64,000 nt of DNA from positions 224,001 through 288,000 of the forward strand of contig CAVSAC010000010.1 of the NCBI GenBank assembly GCA_963725865.1. Reading direction: 5' to 3'. The notes under the pieces are model-generated. The model was not told the DNA's origin and made no database searches. It was given only the letters and a program-made list of their open reading frames with translations. Position numbers and translations under genes: made by a program. This stretch comes from Candidatus Eiseniibacteriota bacterium (GTDB taxonomy: Bacteria; Eisenbacteria; RBG-16-71-46). Below, one piece after another: positions 1 through 9,703 of this stretch; position 1 is the stretch's first letter; each line of letters opens with the position of its first letter.

Positions 1-1584
1 CTCCTGTTCCCAGTCCAGCGGCTCACCCACGGTGGCGAGCTCGCGCGCCAGCGCCCCGGACGTCTCGTCGTCCGGCAGCCCGTCGCGTCCCTCCCACATC
101 CACTGCGCCAGCGCGGCGCAGGCGGGATCGCGGAAGTCCTCCGGCGCGAGCACCTCGCGCGCGCCGACCATCGACTGCGGGGCGTTCAGCAACGCCCGCA
201 GCAACTGCGTCTCGGCATGGCGGTCGCCACGCTGTTGCTCGCGCACGGCCGCCCGCACCGGCGCCGGCGAGGCCTCGCCGCGCCGCCGCAGACCCACCGC
301 GCGTTGCAGCACCGCGGCCGGCACCGCGAGCACTTCGACCGCGCGCTCCAGCAGCAACTGCAGCCGCACCGGATCCGGGATGCCGGCTCCCAGCGTGACC
401 ACCGCCTGCAGCGCGCGTTCGCGCGGATCGCCCGCTCCCGGGCCCTGCATCACGTGGCGCTGGACGAACTCCACCGGGTCGGCGGCGCGCTGCCGCAGCG
501 CCTGCCACGCGTCGGCGCCACCCCGCTGCACCAGCGTGTCCGGGTCATCGCCCGCCGGCAGGTCCACCACCACCACGTCGAGCCCTTCGGCGAGCAGCGT
601 GCCGAGCGAGCGCATCATCGCGTTCTGCCCCGCCGCGTCGCCGTCGTAGGCCAGCGCCACGCGCGAGACCAGCCGTCGCAGCAGCCGCGCCTGGTCGGGC
701 GTGAAGGCGGTCCCCGACGTCGCCACCGTGTGGCCGAGCCCCGCCTGGTGCATCGCGATCGCGTCGAAGTAACCCTCCACCACGATCATCTCGCCGCCCG
801 GTTCGGCCCGCTTGCGCGCCTGCTCGAGCGCGAACAGGAACGATCCCTTGTGGTACACCGCGCTCTCGGAGGAGTTCAGGTACTTCGGCTCGTCGCCGGG
901 GGCCAGCGCGCGGGCGCCGAAGCCGAGCACCGCCCCACCCGGGGCCACCAGCGGGACCATGAGCCGGTTGCGGAAGCGGTCGTAGATCCCGCCGCGCTCG
1001 CGCCGGGACGCCAGCCCTGCGTCGACCAGGGTCGCTTCGCCGAGGCGCCCGAGGCGCTGCACCAGGTTCTCCCAGCCGGCCGGGGCGAGCCCGAGCCGAA
1101 ATTCGCGCAGCGTTTCCGGCCGCAGCCCGCGCCGCTCGAGGTACTCGCGCGTGCTCGCACCGGCAGTGGGGTCCGCGAGCCAGCGTTCGTAGGACGCCGC
1201 CGCCTGCTCGAGCGCCTCGAGCAGCCGCGCCCGCGCGCCCCGGTCGCCGGGGGCACCGCGTTCGGGCACCGGGATGTTCGCGCGCCGGCTCAGCATCTCG
1301 ACGGCCTCGAGGAACCCGACGTGCTGGCTCTCCTGCACGAACTTGAAGACGTCGCCTCCCACCTTGCACGAGAAACAGTGATAGAACTGCCGCTCCGCGT
1401 TCACCGAGAACGACGGAGTCTTCTCCTTGTGGAACGGACACAGTCCGGTCCAATTGCGGCCCACCCGCTTGAGCGGGACACTCTCGCCCACGATCTCGAC
1501 GATGTCGCTCGCGGCGCGCACGCGCTCCACCCAGTCGTCGGACTCGCGGCGTACGCCGCCGGCGCGCGGCAGGGTGTTGCTCAT
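1..1584 (-). CDS. dnaG: DNA primase (3' end runs off the window)
   Basis: Not in the ORF track; translated by hand from ATG 1584, which overlaps the mutS2 stop. Contains the CHC2 zinc finger LCPFHKEKTPSF...YHCFSC, PKYLNSSES, and Toprim motifs VEGYFD and YDGDAAG. Spot-checked segments down to base 1 are in frame and open. Confidence 0.97.
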   Translation of the reverse strand, partial: MSNTLPRAGGVRRESDDWVERVRAASDIVEIVGESVPLKRVGRNWTGLCPFHKEKTPSFSVNAERQFYHCFSCKVGGDVFKFVQESQHVGFLEAVEMLSRRANIPVPERGAPGDRGARARLLEALEQAAASYERWLADPTAGASTREYLERRGLRPETLREFRLGLAPAGWENLVQRLGRLGEATLVDAGLASRRERGGIYDRFRNRLMVPLVAPGGAVLGFGARALAPGDEPKYLNSSESAVYHKGSFLFALEQARKRAEPGGEMIVVEGYFDAIAMHQAGLGHTVATSGTAFTPDQARLLRRLVSRVALAYDGDAAGQNAMMRSLGTLLAEGLDVVVVDLPAGDDPDTLVQRGGADAWQALRQRAADPVEFVQRHVMQGPGAGDPRERALQAVVTLGAGIPDPVRLQLLLERAVEVLAVPAAVLQRAVGLRRRGEASPAPVRAAVREQQRGDRHAETQLLRALLNAPQSMVGAREVLAPEDFRDPACAALAQWMWEGRDGLPDDETSGALARELATVGEPLDWEQE

Positions 1585-3971
1585 CGCAGTCGCGCGACGG
1601 TCACGCCGCGCCCTCCCTCGCCCACCTGTCCCAGCCGCTGGGACGCCACCTGCGGATGCCCCTGGAGGTGCCGTTCCACCGCCGCCCGCAGGACGCCGCG
1701 GCCGATGCCGTGGATGATGCGAAGCTCCGAGAGACCCGCCAGCACCGCCCGGTCCAGGCCGCCGTCGAGCGTGCGCAGCGCCTCCTCGGCCTCCATCCCG
1801 CGCAGATCGACCTCGAGCGGGGCAGCCTCCTCGCCCAGCGAATAGCCGGCGACGTGGACCGCCGCAGACGCGGCCGGCGCGGTCCCCACCGGCACCACCT
1901 GGCTCACCTGACTATGGATGGTCCAACCACCCCGGCGGAGCAGGATCCGTCCCTCGGCATCGGGGCCGTTGACGACGTCCGCCTCGATTCCCAGCTGGGG
2001 CACGCGCACGCGCTGGCCGGTCTCGACTCGCGTCGGAGGGGCGGGCGTCTCGGCGGGGGCCGCCGCGGCCGCCACGCGATCGAGCGACTGCACTCCGTCC
2101 TCCAGCGACTCGATGCGGCGCCGAACGTCGTCGGCGCCGGCGCGCGTCTTCTCGGCGCGCCGGGCCTCGCGCTGCACCGTCTGCCACAGCTCGCGCGCCT
2201 GCGCGAGCAGCGCCTCGCTCTCGGCGGTCAGCCGCCGCCGCAGGTTCTTGAGCGCGTCGCGCGTCTCGGCGGTCGCCGCCTGCGACGCCGCGGCCGCCGC
2301 ATCGGCCGCCGCGCGCGCCGCCCGCAGCGCCGCCGCCTCCTCGTCGGTCCGCCTCCGCGCCTCGGCCACGTCGGCGAGCAGCCGCTCGAGCGCGCGCGAC
2401 TCCGCGGGCATCAGCGCGCGCGCGCGCTCGAGAACCGCGCCCGGGAATCCCAGCGCCGCGGCGACTGAGAGCGCGTAGGACGCGCCCGGCACGCCGGGCA
2501 CGAACCGATAGCGCGACTGCATGCGCTGCTCGTCGAACTCGAGCGAACCATTCACCACGCCGGCGACCTCGCCGGCCAGCCGCTTGAGGCTGCCGAGGTG
2601 CGTGGTCATCACGCCCCAGGCGCCGGTGGCGCTGAAGTGCTCCACGAGCGCCCGTCCGAGCGCGCCGCCCGCCTCGGGATCGGTCCCCGCGCCCAGCTCG
2701 TCGCACAGCACCAGTGTGCGCGGCCCGGCGTCGGCGGCCATCGCCGCCAGCGCGCGCAGGTGCGCCGCGAACGTCGACAGTCCGAGGTCGACCGACTGCT
2801 CGTCGCCGAGGTCGACGTGCACGCTCGAGAATTCCGGGACCGCGCTGCCCTCGCCAGCAGGCACCGGGAACGCCGCGTGCGCGAGCGCCACCGCCAGCCC
2901 GACCGTCTTCAGCAGCACCGTCTTGCCGCCCATGTTGGGCCCGCTCACCAGCAGCAGGCGCGATTCGAGCCCGAGGTCGAGATCGAGCGGCACCACCGTC
3001 GCGCGCCGCTCGCCCATCGCGAGCAGCGGATGGCGCGCCTGTCGCAGCACCAGGCGGTCGCCCGCGGGCGCGATCGCCACGCCGCCGACCTCCCCGGACC
3101 AGCGCGCGCGCGCGCGCAGAGTGTCGAGCTCGACCAGGCCTCGCTCGAGCGCCAGCAGGGCGTCGGCCTGAGCGCGCACCGCTTCGGCGAGCGCCAGCAG
3201 GACCCGGCGTTCCTCCTCGATCGCGGTCGCGCGCAGCTCGATCAGGTGGTTGTTGGCGTCACACAGCTCGAGGGGCTCGACGAACAGCGACTGGCCGCTG
3301 CCCGATACGTCGTGCACCAGCGCCCTCCGGCGCGGGAACCCGGCGGCCGGGACCAGCGCGACGAAGCGATCCGCGTGACGCGTGACGTAGGTCTGCTCGC
3401 CGAAGCCCCGTGCCCAGCGCTCCATCCGGTGCTGCACGTCGCGCTCGCCTTCCTCCAGCGCGCGGCGTGCGCGGTGCAGCCGGGGTGAGGCGCCGTCGGC
3501 GACGCGGCCGTCCGGCTCCAGCGCGCCGGCCAGCTCGATGCGCAGCGGCTCGAGCTCCGGCAGTGCGTCCACCCGACCCGCGAGCGCGGGATAGCGCGCT
3601 CGCAGCTCCTCGCTCGCCCACGCCTCGCGCACCGCGCGAGCCGCCTCGAGCCAGGTGCCGATCTCGACCAGGGCCGGGCCGTCGGCGAGCACGCCGTGCT
3701 CGGGATCGAGCCGCGGGGCGATCGCTCCCCGCCCCACCTCGCACCACGCTCCCGGCTCGCTCTGCCGCCGCAGCGCCTCGTGCAGGTGCGCACAGGCCGC
3801 CGCCCGCTCGGCGCGGTCGGCGAGCGGGCGGGCGCGCGCGAGCGCCGCCCGGCCGCCCTCGCTCTCGGCATGGGCCGCCACGGCCGCGGTCACGCGGTCG
3901 AACTCGAGCAATGTCAGTGAATGATCGTCCAAGCCGCTCCCGGCCAGCGCCCCCGCCGGGGCGCGTGTCAC
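1581..3971 (-). CDS. mutS2: Endonuclease MutS2 with C-terminal Smr domain
   Basis: LEFDRV N-terminus, Walker A SGPNMGGKT, DELGAGTDP, TTH motif, Smr domain DLRGM...IIHGIGRGVLR...GGRGVT. Confidence 0.95.
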   Translation of the reverse strand: MTRAPAGALAGSGLDDHSLTLLEFDRVTAAVAAHAESEGGRAALARARPLADRAERAAACAHLHEALRRQSEPGAWCEVGRGAIAPRLDPEHGVLADGPALVEIGTWLEAARAVREAWASEELRARYPALAGRVDALPELEPLRIELAGALEPDGRVADGASPRLHRARRALEEGERDVQHRMERWARGFGEQTYVTRHADRFVALVPAAGFPRRRALVHDVSGSGQSLFVEPLELCDANNHLIELRATAIEEERRVLLALAEAVRAQADALLALERGLVELDTLRARARWSGEVGGVAIAPAGDRLVLRQARHPLLAMGERRATVVPLDLDLGLESRLLLVSGPNMGGKTVLLKTVGLAVALAHAAFPVPAGEGSAVPEFSSVHVDLGDEQSVDLGLSTFAAHLRALAAMAADAGPRTLVLCDELGAGTDPEAGGALGRALVEHFSATGAWGVMTTHLGSLKRLAGEVAGVVNGSLEFDEQRMQSRYRFVPGVPGASYALSVAAALGFPGAVLERARALMPAESRALERLLADVAEARRRTDEEAAALRAARAAADAAAAASQAATAETRDALKNLRRRLTAESEALLAQARELWQTVQREARRAEKTRAGADDVRRRIESLEDGVQSLDRVAAAAAPAETPAPPTRVETGQRVRVPQLGIEADVVNGPDAEGRILLRRGGWTIHSQVSQVVPVGTAPAASAAVHVAGYSLGEEAAPLEVDLRGMEAEEALRTLDGGLDRAVLAGLSELRIIHGIGRGVLRAAVERHLQGHPQVASQRLGQVGEGGRGVTVARLR

Positions 3972-4549
3972 GAGGCGTGCGCGTGGTGCGAGACGCGCCG
4001 CCCCGCCTCGAGGAAGCGCTCATGCAACCAGCGGCCACGCGGCAGCACCGGCGCCGCCCAGTCGCTCGCGGTCGCGCCGCCACGCAGCAGCATCGGCGCG
4101 CAGCGGCTCGATTCCGTCCAACTGCGGACATCACGCGGCCAGGCGGTGAATGTCATGGCGAACACGACCAGCGTCGCCACCACGCACCCGAGCGCCGCGC
4201 CCAACACCAGCCCACCCGTGCGATCCAGCCAGCCGAACGGACTCGCCTTCACCGCCTCCGCCAGCAGACCGCCACACCACTCCGCGAGGCTCGCCAGCGC
4301 GAGGCCAGCGAGACCTGCCACGAGCCAACTCATGACCCAAAAGACCACAGCGGGCCGGGCGTGGTGCCAATGCGCGCCGACCCACTGTGAGACCCAACCG
4401 GCGGCCCAAAGACCCACGAGCACGCCGATGAAACCGAACACCTGCCGGATCGTTCCACGGATCACGCCGCGGATGGCGAGCACGAGGATCGCCAGTGACA
4501 GGATCCAATCCAGCCCGGTGAGACCGCGCAGAGCGTCCAGTGCGTTCAG
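3968..4549 (-). CDS. CvpA family (colicin V production) membrane protein; start uncertain
   Basis: LDWIL...[13 protein letters not shown] and [10 protein letters not shown] motifs with hydrophobic helices, in the usual position beside mutS2. The ORF-track extension overlaps rpsU and is probably not translated. Confidence 0.8.
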   Translation of the reverse strand: MNALDALRGLTGLDWILSLAILVLAIRGVIRGTIRQVFGFIGVLVGLWAAGWVSQWVGAHWHHARPAVVFWVMSWLVAGLAGLALASLAEWCGGLLAEAVKASPFGWLDRTGGLVLGAALGCVVATLVVFAMTFTAWPRDVRSWTESSRCAPMLLRGGATASDWAAPVLPRGRWLHERFLEAGRRVSHHAHAS

Positions 4550-4740
4550 TTCTCCTGCTGTCGCTTCGCCATGTTCTTGCGCTTGGCTGCGTTGAGCTTG
4601 CGCTTCCGCCTCTCGGACGGCTTCTCGAAATGCTGATGGCGGCGCAGATCGGCCATGATTCCGGCCTTCTCGCACTTCTTCTTGAAGCGACGCAGGGCGC
4701 TCTCGAAGGACTCGCCTTCTTTCACCCTGATACCGGGCAA
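4546..4740 (-). CDS. rpsU: 30S ribosomal protein S21
   Basis: [19 protein letters not shown]...[15 protein letters not shown] start with a purine-rich RBS. Confidence 0.98.
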   Translation of the reverse strand: MPGIRVKEGESFESALRRFKKKCEKAGIMADLRRHQHFEKPSERRKRKLNAAKRKNMAKRQQEN

Positions 4741-4841
4741 TCAATCACCCCTCTCTGCCCATTCTTGATCGTGCGTATCGTCTTGGCTTGCAATACCGAT
4801 GCGCGCCCTAGCGCTTGGCTGGGCGCGAACTTGGCAATCGC

Positions 4842-4870
4842 AGTCTATGGCCGCCCTTGAAACCCGTCAA
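4842..4870 (-). promoter_or_regulatory. sigma-70-type promoter for rpsU-cvpA-mutS2-dnaG
   Basis: Minus strand TTGACG-N17-TAGACT. Confidence 0.7.
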
Positions 4871-4909
4871 GTGGGCATGCCGGAGGATCTTCGCCCTTCC
4901 CGATCAGCC

Positions 4910-5623
4910 TTACCAGCCACCCGACCACCAGGCAGCCCACGCCAGCGCCGCCGTCTCGGTCCGCAACCGGCCGTCAGACAGGCTCATGGCGCGGAAGCCG
5001 CAGGCTTCGAACGAGCCCCGCTCCGCGCTCGAAAACCCCGCCGCGGGCCCGATCGCCCCGACCGAGAGCCCCTCGGATGCCGGCCTCGCCGGGGCCGCTC
5101 CGCCTTCCTCGGCCAGCCACCGCTGCGCCGGTCCGCCGAGCCCCGCGAGCGCGTCCGGCAGCGGCGTCGGGCCCTCGATCGACACCCGCCAGGCGCGCCG
5201 CGACTGTCGCAGCGCCGCGACCGCGAGGCGTCCGAGCCGCTCGAGCCGCGACTCCGCGGCACTCCACGGAGCGCGCTCGGAGTCGATCAGGACGAGGCGG
5301 CCGATTCCCAGCTCACCCAGCTTCTCGACCAGCCAGTCGGCACGCTGCCCCTCGGGCGCGCCGCACAGCACGGTCGCGTCCCGGGTGCGCGGTTCCGAGG
5401 TACGCGACACCACGCGGGCGCGCGCCGCACCGCGCAGCTCGATCATCTCGAGCAGGGCGCGCACCCCGTTCCCGTCCGTGGCCTGAACGCGCTCCCCCGC
5501 GCGCACGCGGCAGACCCGGACGGCGTGATGAGCCTCCTCCGCCGGCAGCTCGAGCTCGGCGCCGAGCTCTGGGATCGCGGGCAGCACGAGCTGCGAGGGA
5601 ACGGCGTCAGCCCGAGAACGCAT
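4910..5623 (-). CDS. rsmE: 16S rRNA m3U1498 methyltransferase
   Basis: HHAVRVCRV, VEKLGELG, IGPAAGFS, RLRTETAA; lies downstream of dnaJ. Confidence 0.9.
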   Translation of the reverse strand: MRSRADAVPSQLVLPAIPELGAELELPAEEAHHAVRVCRVRAGERVQATDGNGVRALLEMIELRGAARARVVSRTSEPRTRDATVLCGAPEGQRADWLVEKLGELGIGRLVLIDSERAPWSAAESRLERLGRLAVAALRQSRRAWRVSIEGPTPLPDALAGLGGPAQRWLAEEGGAAPARPASEGLSVGAIGPAAGFSSAERGSFEACGFRAMSLSDGRLRTETAALAWAAWWSGGW

Positions 5624-6752
5624 CGCGCACGTGATCGAACGGCGAGCGGCCGCCTCCCTTCGGAGGCTTCAGGCTCTCGGCGCGCCTGAGCTCCTCGAGT
5701 TGCTTCTTTTCCGCCCCACTCAGCTTGCCGGGCACGAAGACCTGTACGCGGACCAGCAGATCGCCCTGCCCCCCCCGCAACCCGGGCATGCCGCGCCCGC
5801 GCATCCGCAGCACGGTGCCGCTCGGCGTGCCGGCGGGGACGTCGAGCATCGCCTCGCCGGCCAGCGTGGGCGCCTCGACCTTGCCACCGAGTGCCAGGGT
5901 CGGGAAGGAGACGGGCAACTCGACCTGGAGATCGTCGCCATCGCGAGCGAACACCGCGTGCGGCTTCTCCTCGATCAGCACGATCAGGTCGCCCGGCGGG
6001 CCCCCGCGAGGACCGGCGTCTCCGAGGCCGCGCAGCGGGATGAAGTTGCCGGTCGTGACGCCGGCCGGCACCTTCACGGCGATGGTTTCGGTCTCCGAGA
6101 GTCGTCCTTCTCCGCCGCAGTCCTTGCAGCGTTCGCGCACGATCCGCCCTTCGCCCGAGCAGCGCGGACACGTCGAGACGTTCACGAACTGCCCGAAGAT
6201 GCTCTGCTGCACGTGGCGCACCTGTCCGCGGCCACGGCACTGCGGACACTCGCTCTCCCCCTCGCCCCCGCGGCCACCGCACGTCGCGCAGGTGCGCAGG
6301 TGCTTCACCCGGATCTTCTTCTCGACTCCGGTCGCGATCTCCTCGAGCGCCAGCCGCAGGCGCACCTGGAGATCGTCACCACGCTGGGGGCCACGGCCAC
6401 CCGCGCGGGCGCCGCCGAACAGGTCGCCGAACCCGCCCGCCTCGCCACCGAAGTCCCGCATGAAGGCGCGCAGCGCGTCGGCGAGGTCGAACCCGCTGAA
6501 GTCGAACCCCTGCGCGCTGGCGCCGCCCGAGGTGGCGGCGTGGCCGAACTGGTCGTAGCGCGCGCGCTTCTGCGGATCGCGCAGCACTTCGTAGGCCTCC
6601 GTCGCCTCCTTGAAGCGCTGCTCGGCCTGCTTGTCGCCGGGATTGCGGTCGGGGTGGTGCTGGAACGCGAGCTTGCGGTAGGCCTTCTTGACGTCGTCTT
6701 CGCCCGCGTCGCGACCGATCCCGAGCACCTCGTAGTAGTCGCGCGGGGCCAT
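5607..6752 (-). CDS. dnaJ: Chaperone DnaJ
   Basis: J-domain with HPD, G/F-rich region, four CxxCxGxG repeats. Confidence 0.98.
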   Translation of the reverse strand: MAPRDYYEVLGIGRDAGEDDVKKAYRKLAFQHHPDRNPGDKQAEQRFKEATEAYEVLRDPQKRARYDQFGHAATSGGASAQGFDFSGFDLADALRAFMRDFGGEAGGFGDLFGGARAGGRGPQRGDDLQVRLRLALEEIATGVEKKIRVKHLRTCATCGGRGGEGESECPQCRGRGQVRHVQQSIFGQFVNVSTCPRCSGEGRIVRERCKDCGGEGRLSETETIAVKVPAGVTTGNFIPLRGLGDAGPRGGPPGDLIVLIEEKPHAVFARDGDDLQVELPVSFPTLALGGKVEAPTLAGEAMLDVPAGTPSGTVLRMRGRGMPGLRGGQGDLLVRVQVFVPGKLSGAEKKQLEELRRAESLKPPKGGGRSPFDHVRDAFSG

Positions 6753-6755
6753 CGC

Positions 6756-7340
6756 TCACTCCCCGCCGTCGGCGGCGCGGGCCACCACGACACGCGCGGC
6801 GCGGAGCGCGCGGGCGCCACGCCGATAGCCCTTCAGCGCCACCTGGACGACCGTGCCCGGCGCCGTCTCCGGAGGGGCCGGGAGCTCGAGCAGCGCCTCG
6901 TGGAACGACGGATCGAAGGGCTCTCCGAGCGGGTCGACCACCGTCACGCCCCGGCGCGCCAGCGTCTCGCGCAGGTGCTGCGCCACCAGCCGCACGCCCT
7001 CCGCCCAGGCGACCGCGGCGCCCTCGCCGGGAATCGCCTCGAGCGCGCGCTCGAGATCGTCGATCGCCGCGACGACCTCGAGCAGCACCGATTCCTCGGC
7101 GGCGCGCCGCGCCTCCTCGAGGTCGCGCTGCGCACGGCGGCGGTAGTTCTGGAGATCGGCCTCGGCGCGCAGCCAGCGGTCGCGCAGCGCGGCCGCGGAC
7201 TCCTCGGCCGGCGCGGGTGGCACCGCTCTCTCCGCGGTCATCGCGTCGTCGGGCGCGGCCGGCTCCGCGGCCGGAACCGCGCCGGTCGACGCGTCGTCGA
7301 GCGGTTCCTGCGGCGGATCCATTCGGGTGTCGGAAGCCAC
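6756..7340 (-). CDS. grpE: Nucleotide exchange factor GrpE
   Basis: LRAEADLQNYRRR, FDPSFHEA, KGY...LRAARVVV. Confidence 0.96.
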   Translation of the reverse strand: MASDTRMDPPQEPLDDASTGAVPAAEPAAPDDAMTAERAVPPAPAEESAAALRDRWLRAEADLQNYRRRAQRDLEEARRAAEESVLLEVVAAIDDLERALEAIPGEGAAVAWAEGVRLVAQHLRETLARRGVTVVDPLGEPFDPSFHEALLELPAPPETAPGTVVQVALKGYRRGARALRAARVVVARAADGGE

Positions 7341-7394
7341 GTCGAAGCCATCCGTTCGTAGGGTTGAGAATTCGACCCGCCGCAGCGGGTGTCG

Positions 7395-8441
7395 TCAGGA
7401 CTGGAGCAGATCGGCCACGCGGCTGCCGACCGCGTCCACCGCCGCGAGCACGAGCGCGTAGTCCATGCGCAGCGGACCCAGGACGCCCACGGCGCCGCGG
7501 ATGGTGCCCGGCAGCGGGAAGCTCACCAGGCTGCATCCGGCCAGGGCGAGATCCTCGTCGAGGCCCACCCGCACCACGGCGTGACCTTCGACGCCGGCCA
7601 CCATGAGACGGTCCAGCGGCGTGCCGTTCTCGATCACCCGCAGGATCGGGCCCAGCCGCGCCGCGCCCGCGAACTCCGGCTGCTCGGCGATGTGCGGAAT
7701 CCCGGTGCGGTAGAGCGGGGTCGAGACCGGCCGCGACCACGACTCGGCCGCCGCCCGCGCGACGATGCGCACCGCGCTCCCCCGCACCAGCTCGGGATCG
7801 CCGGCGAGCCGCTCGCGGACCTCGAGCAGCGCATGGCCCAGCAGCCGCTCGCGCAGCACCAGCGCGACGTCGGCCAGCTCCGCGCGCTCCAGCGGACTCT
7901 CGAGTTCGAGCACCAGCGTGTGCATCGCGCCGGCGCCGAGGTCGAGCGCCAGCAGCGCACGCCGCGAGTCGAGCGGCTCGATGTCGAGACCGGTCAGGAT
8001 CTCCTCGTCGAGCGCGGTCGCGAGCGCGAGCCCGAGCTGGTGCGTGAGCGATGAGAGCAGCCGCGACGCCTCGTCCAGCAGCGCCTCCACGTCGGCCGCC
8101 GAGCGCGAGAGCCGCCGATCCACCTCCTCGATCAGGGGTGCGGGCAGTGCCGCGGGCGCCAGCAGCGCGCGCACGAAGTAGGCGTAGCCCCGGGGCGTGG
8201 GCACCCGCCCCGACGAGGCGCTCGAGCGTTCGAGCAGCCCGAGGCCCTCGAGCTCGCCCAGCGCGGCGCGCACGCTCGCCGAGGAGAGGCGGATGGAGCC
8301 GCGGCTCGCCAGCACTTCCGACCCCACCGGGCGCGCGCTGATCCCGTGCAGGCTCAGCAGCTCGGCGAACACCCGGCGCTGGCGCTGGCTGAGATCGGGG
8401 TCCTCGCGATTCAGATGACCGGGGAAGGCAGGCTGGGACAT
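7395..8441 (-). CDS. hrcA: Heat-inducible transcription repressor HrcA
   Basis: PVGS...SSASVR, SSGRVPTPRGY, GVLGPLRMDY. Confidence 0.95.
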   Translation of the reverse strand: MSQPAFPGHLNREDPDLSQRQRRVFAELLSLHGISARPVGSEVLASRGSIRLSSASVRAALGELEGLGLLERSSASSGRVPTPRGYAYFVRALLAPAALPAPLIEEVDRRLSRSAADVEALLDEASRLLSSLTHQLGLALATALDEEILTGLDIEPLDSRRALLALDLGAGAMHTLVLELESPLERAELADVALVLRERLLGHALLEVRERLAGDPELVRGSAVRIVARAAAESWSRPVSTPLYRTGIPHIAEQPEFAGAARLGPILRVIENGTPLDRLMVAGVEGHAVVRVGLDEDLALAGCSLVSFPLPGTIRGAVGVLGPLRMDYALVLAAVDAVGSRVADLLQS

Positions 8442-9703
8442 GGCACCGAAGGTACGGAGCGCCGCTTCACGCTGTCAAACCCGGGACGCTCGGCGCGGGC
8501 CGCGATCCAGGCGATGGCGTCATCCGCCAGGAACCGCAGAGCGGCCGGGATGCGCCACCCCTCGGGATGCGCCTCGAGCCGTCCCGTTGTCACGGCGTCG
8601 TCCAGCGCCGCGCGATAGCGGCGTTCGACGCGCCGCCAGACGTCGGGCGGGTGGTCGGCCGGGCACAGTCCGCTGGAGAGCCGCAGGCTCAGCATCAGGA
8701 TCTCGTCGGCGAGCGAGGCGTCGGTCTCGGGCTCGCGCTCGGCCTCGCCGGCGGCGCCGGCGGCGAGCGCGGCCGCCCAGGGCGCCAGGCCGTAGTGGTT
8801 GCCGTAGCGCTCGCCGGCCCAGAAACCGTGGGCCGAGGGGCCCAGTCCCAGGTACGGCCGTCGCAGCCAGTAGGTCAGGTTGTGCCGTGCCTCGGCACCC
8901 GGCCGCGCCGCGTTCGAGGTCTCGTAGCGCGCGAGCCCGGCCGCTCGCGCCGCGTCCACGAAGCAGGCGTACTGCTCGGCCTGCGCCTCGGGCTCGGGCA
9001 GCGCGGTCCTCCCGGAGAGCGCGGCGTCGCCGAGCGGGGTGCCCGCCTCCGGGATGAAGCAGTACGCGGACAGGTGCTCGGGCGACAGCGCGAGCGCGCG
9101 GTCGAGGGTCTCGCGCCAGCGCGCGATCGCGTGCCCGGGGAATCCGAACATGAGGTCGAGCGACAGATGCTCGAAGCCGTGGGCCCGCGCCAGCGCGAAC
9201 GCCTCCGCGGGTCGCTCCGCGTCGTGGATGCGTCCGAGCGCGGCGAGCTCGTCGGCGTGAAAGGACTGCGCGCCCATCGACAGCCGGTTCACGCCCGCCG
9301 CGGCCCAGGCGTCGAGGAGCGCGGGGCGCACCGACTCCGGATTCGCTTCGAGCGTGATCTCGGCGTCGCGAGCGATCGCGAACCGCTCGGCGAGCGCGCG
9401 CCACACGCGCTGGAAGTGACGCGCCGGGATCGCCGAGGGTGTGCCGCCGCCGAAGAACACCGACGAGAACGTCGCCCCGGCAGCCGCGGGTGCGCGGCGC
9501 TCGGCCTCGCGTTCGAGCGCGCTCATCCAGCGCTCGACCGCCGCCGCCGACAGCGCGCCCGACGAGAAGTCGCAGTAGGTGCAGCGCACCGCGCAGAACG
9601 GCACGTGGACGTAGAGGCCCGCCCGCGCCCGCGCGCGCACCGCCGCGCCCGGTCCCTCGCCGGAACCGGCGGTCAGTGGATGATCCGGAGCAGGCGATTC
9701 CAT
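8411..9703 (-). CDS. hemW: Radical SAM heme chaperone HemW (HemN-like); start approximate
   Basis: LYVHVPFCAVRCTYCDF (CxxxCxxC), FGGGTPS, YETSN, HNLTYW; usual position upstream of hrcA. Confidence 0.92.
   Translation of the reverse strand: MESPAPDHPLTAGSGEGPGAAVRARARAGLYVHVPFCAVRCTYCDFSSGALSAAAVERWMSALEREAERRAPAAAGATFSSVFFGGGTPSAIPARHFQRVWRALAERFAIARDAEITLEANPESVRPALLDAWAAAGVNRLSMGAQSFHADELAALGRIHDAERPAEAFALARAHGFEHLSLDLMFGFPGHAIARWRETLDRALALSPEHLSAYCFIPEAGTPLGDAALSGRTALPEPEAQAEQYACFVDAARAAGLARYETSNAARPGAEARHNLTYWLRRPYLGLGPSAHGFWAGERYGNHYGLAPWAAALAAGAAGEAEREPETDASLADEILMLSLRLSSGLCPADHPPDVWRRVERRYRAALDDAVTTGRLEAHPEGWRIPAALRFLADDAIAWIAARAERPGFDSVKRRSVPSVPCPSLPSPVI
8449..8478 (-). promoter_or_regulatory. 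sigma-70-type promoter inside the hemW 3' end, possibly giving a leaderless hrcA mRNA
   Basis: Minus strand TTGACA-N18-TACCTT, followed after 7 nt by the hrcA ATG. Confidence 0.55.
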
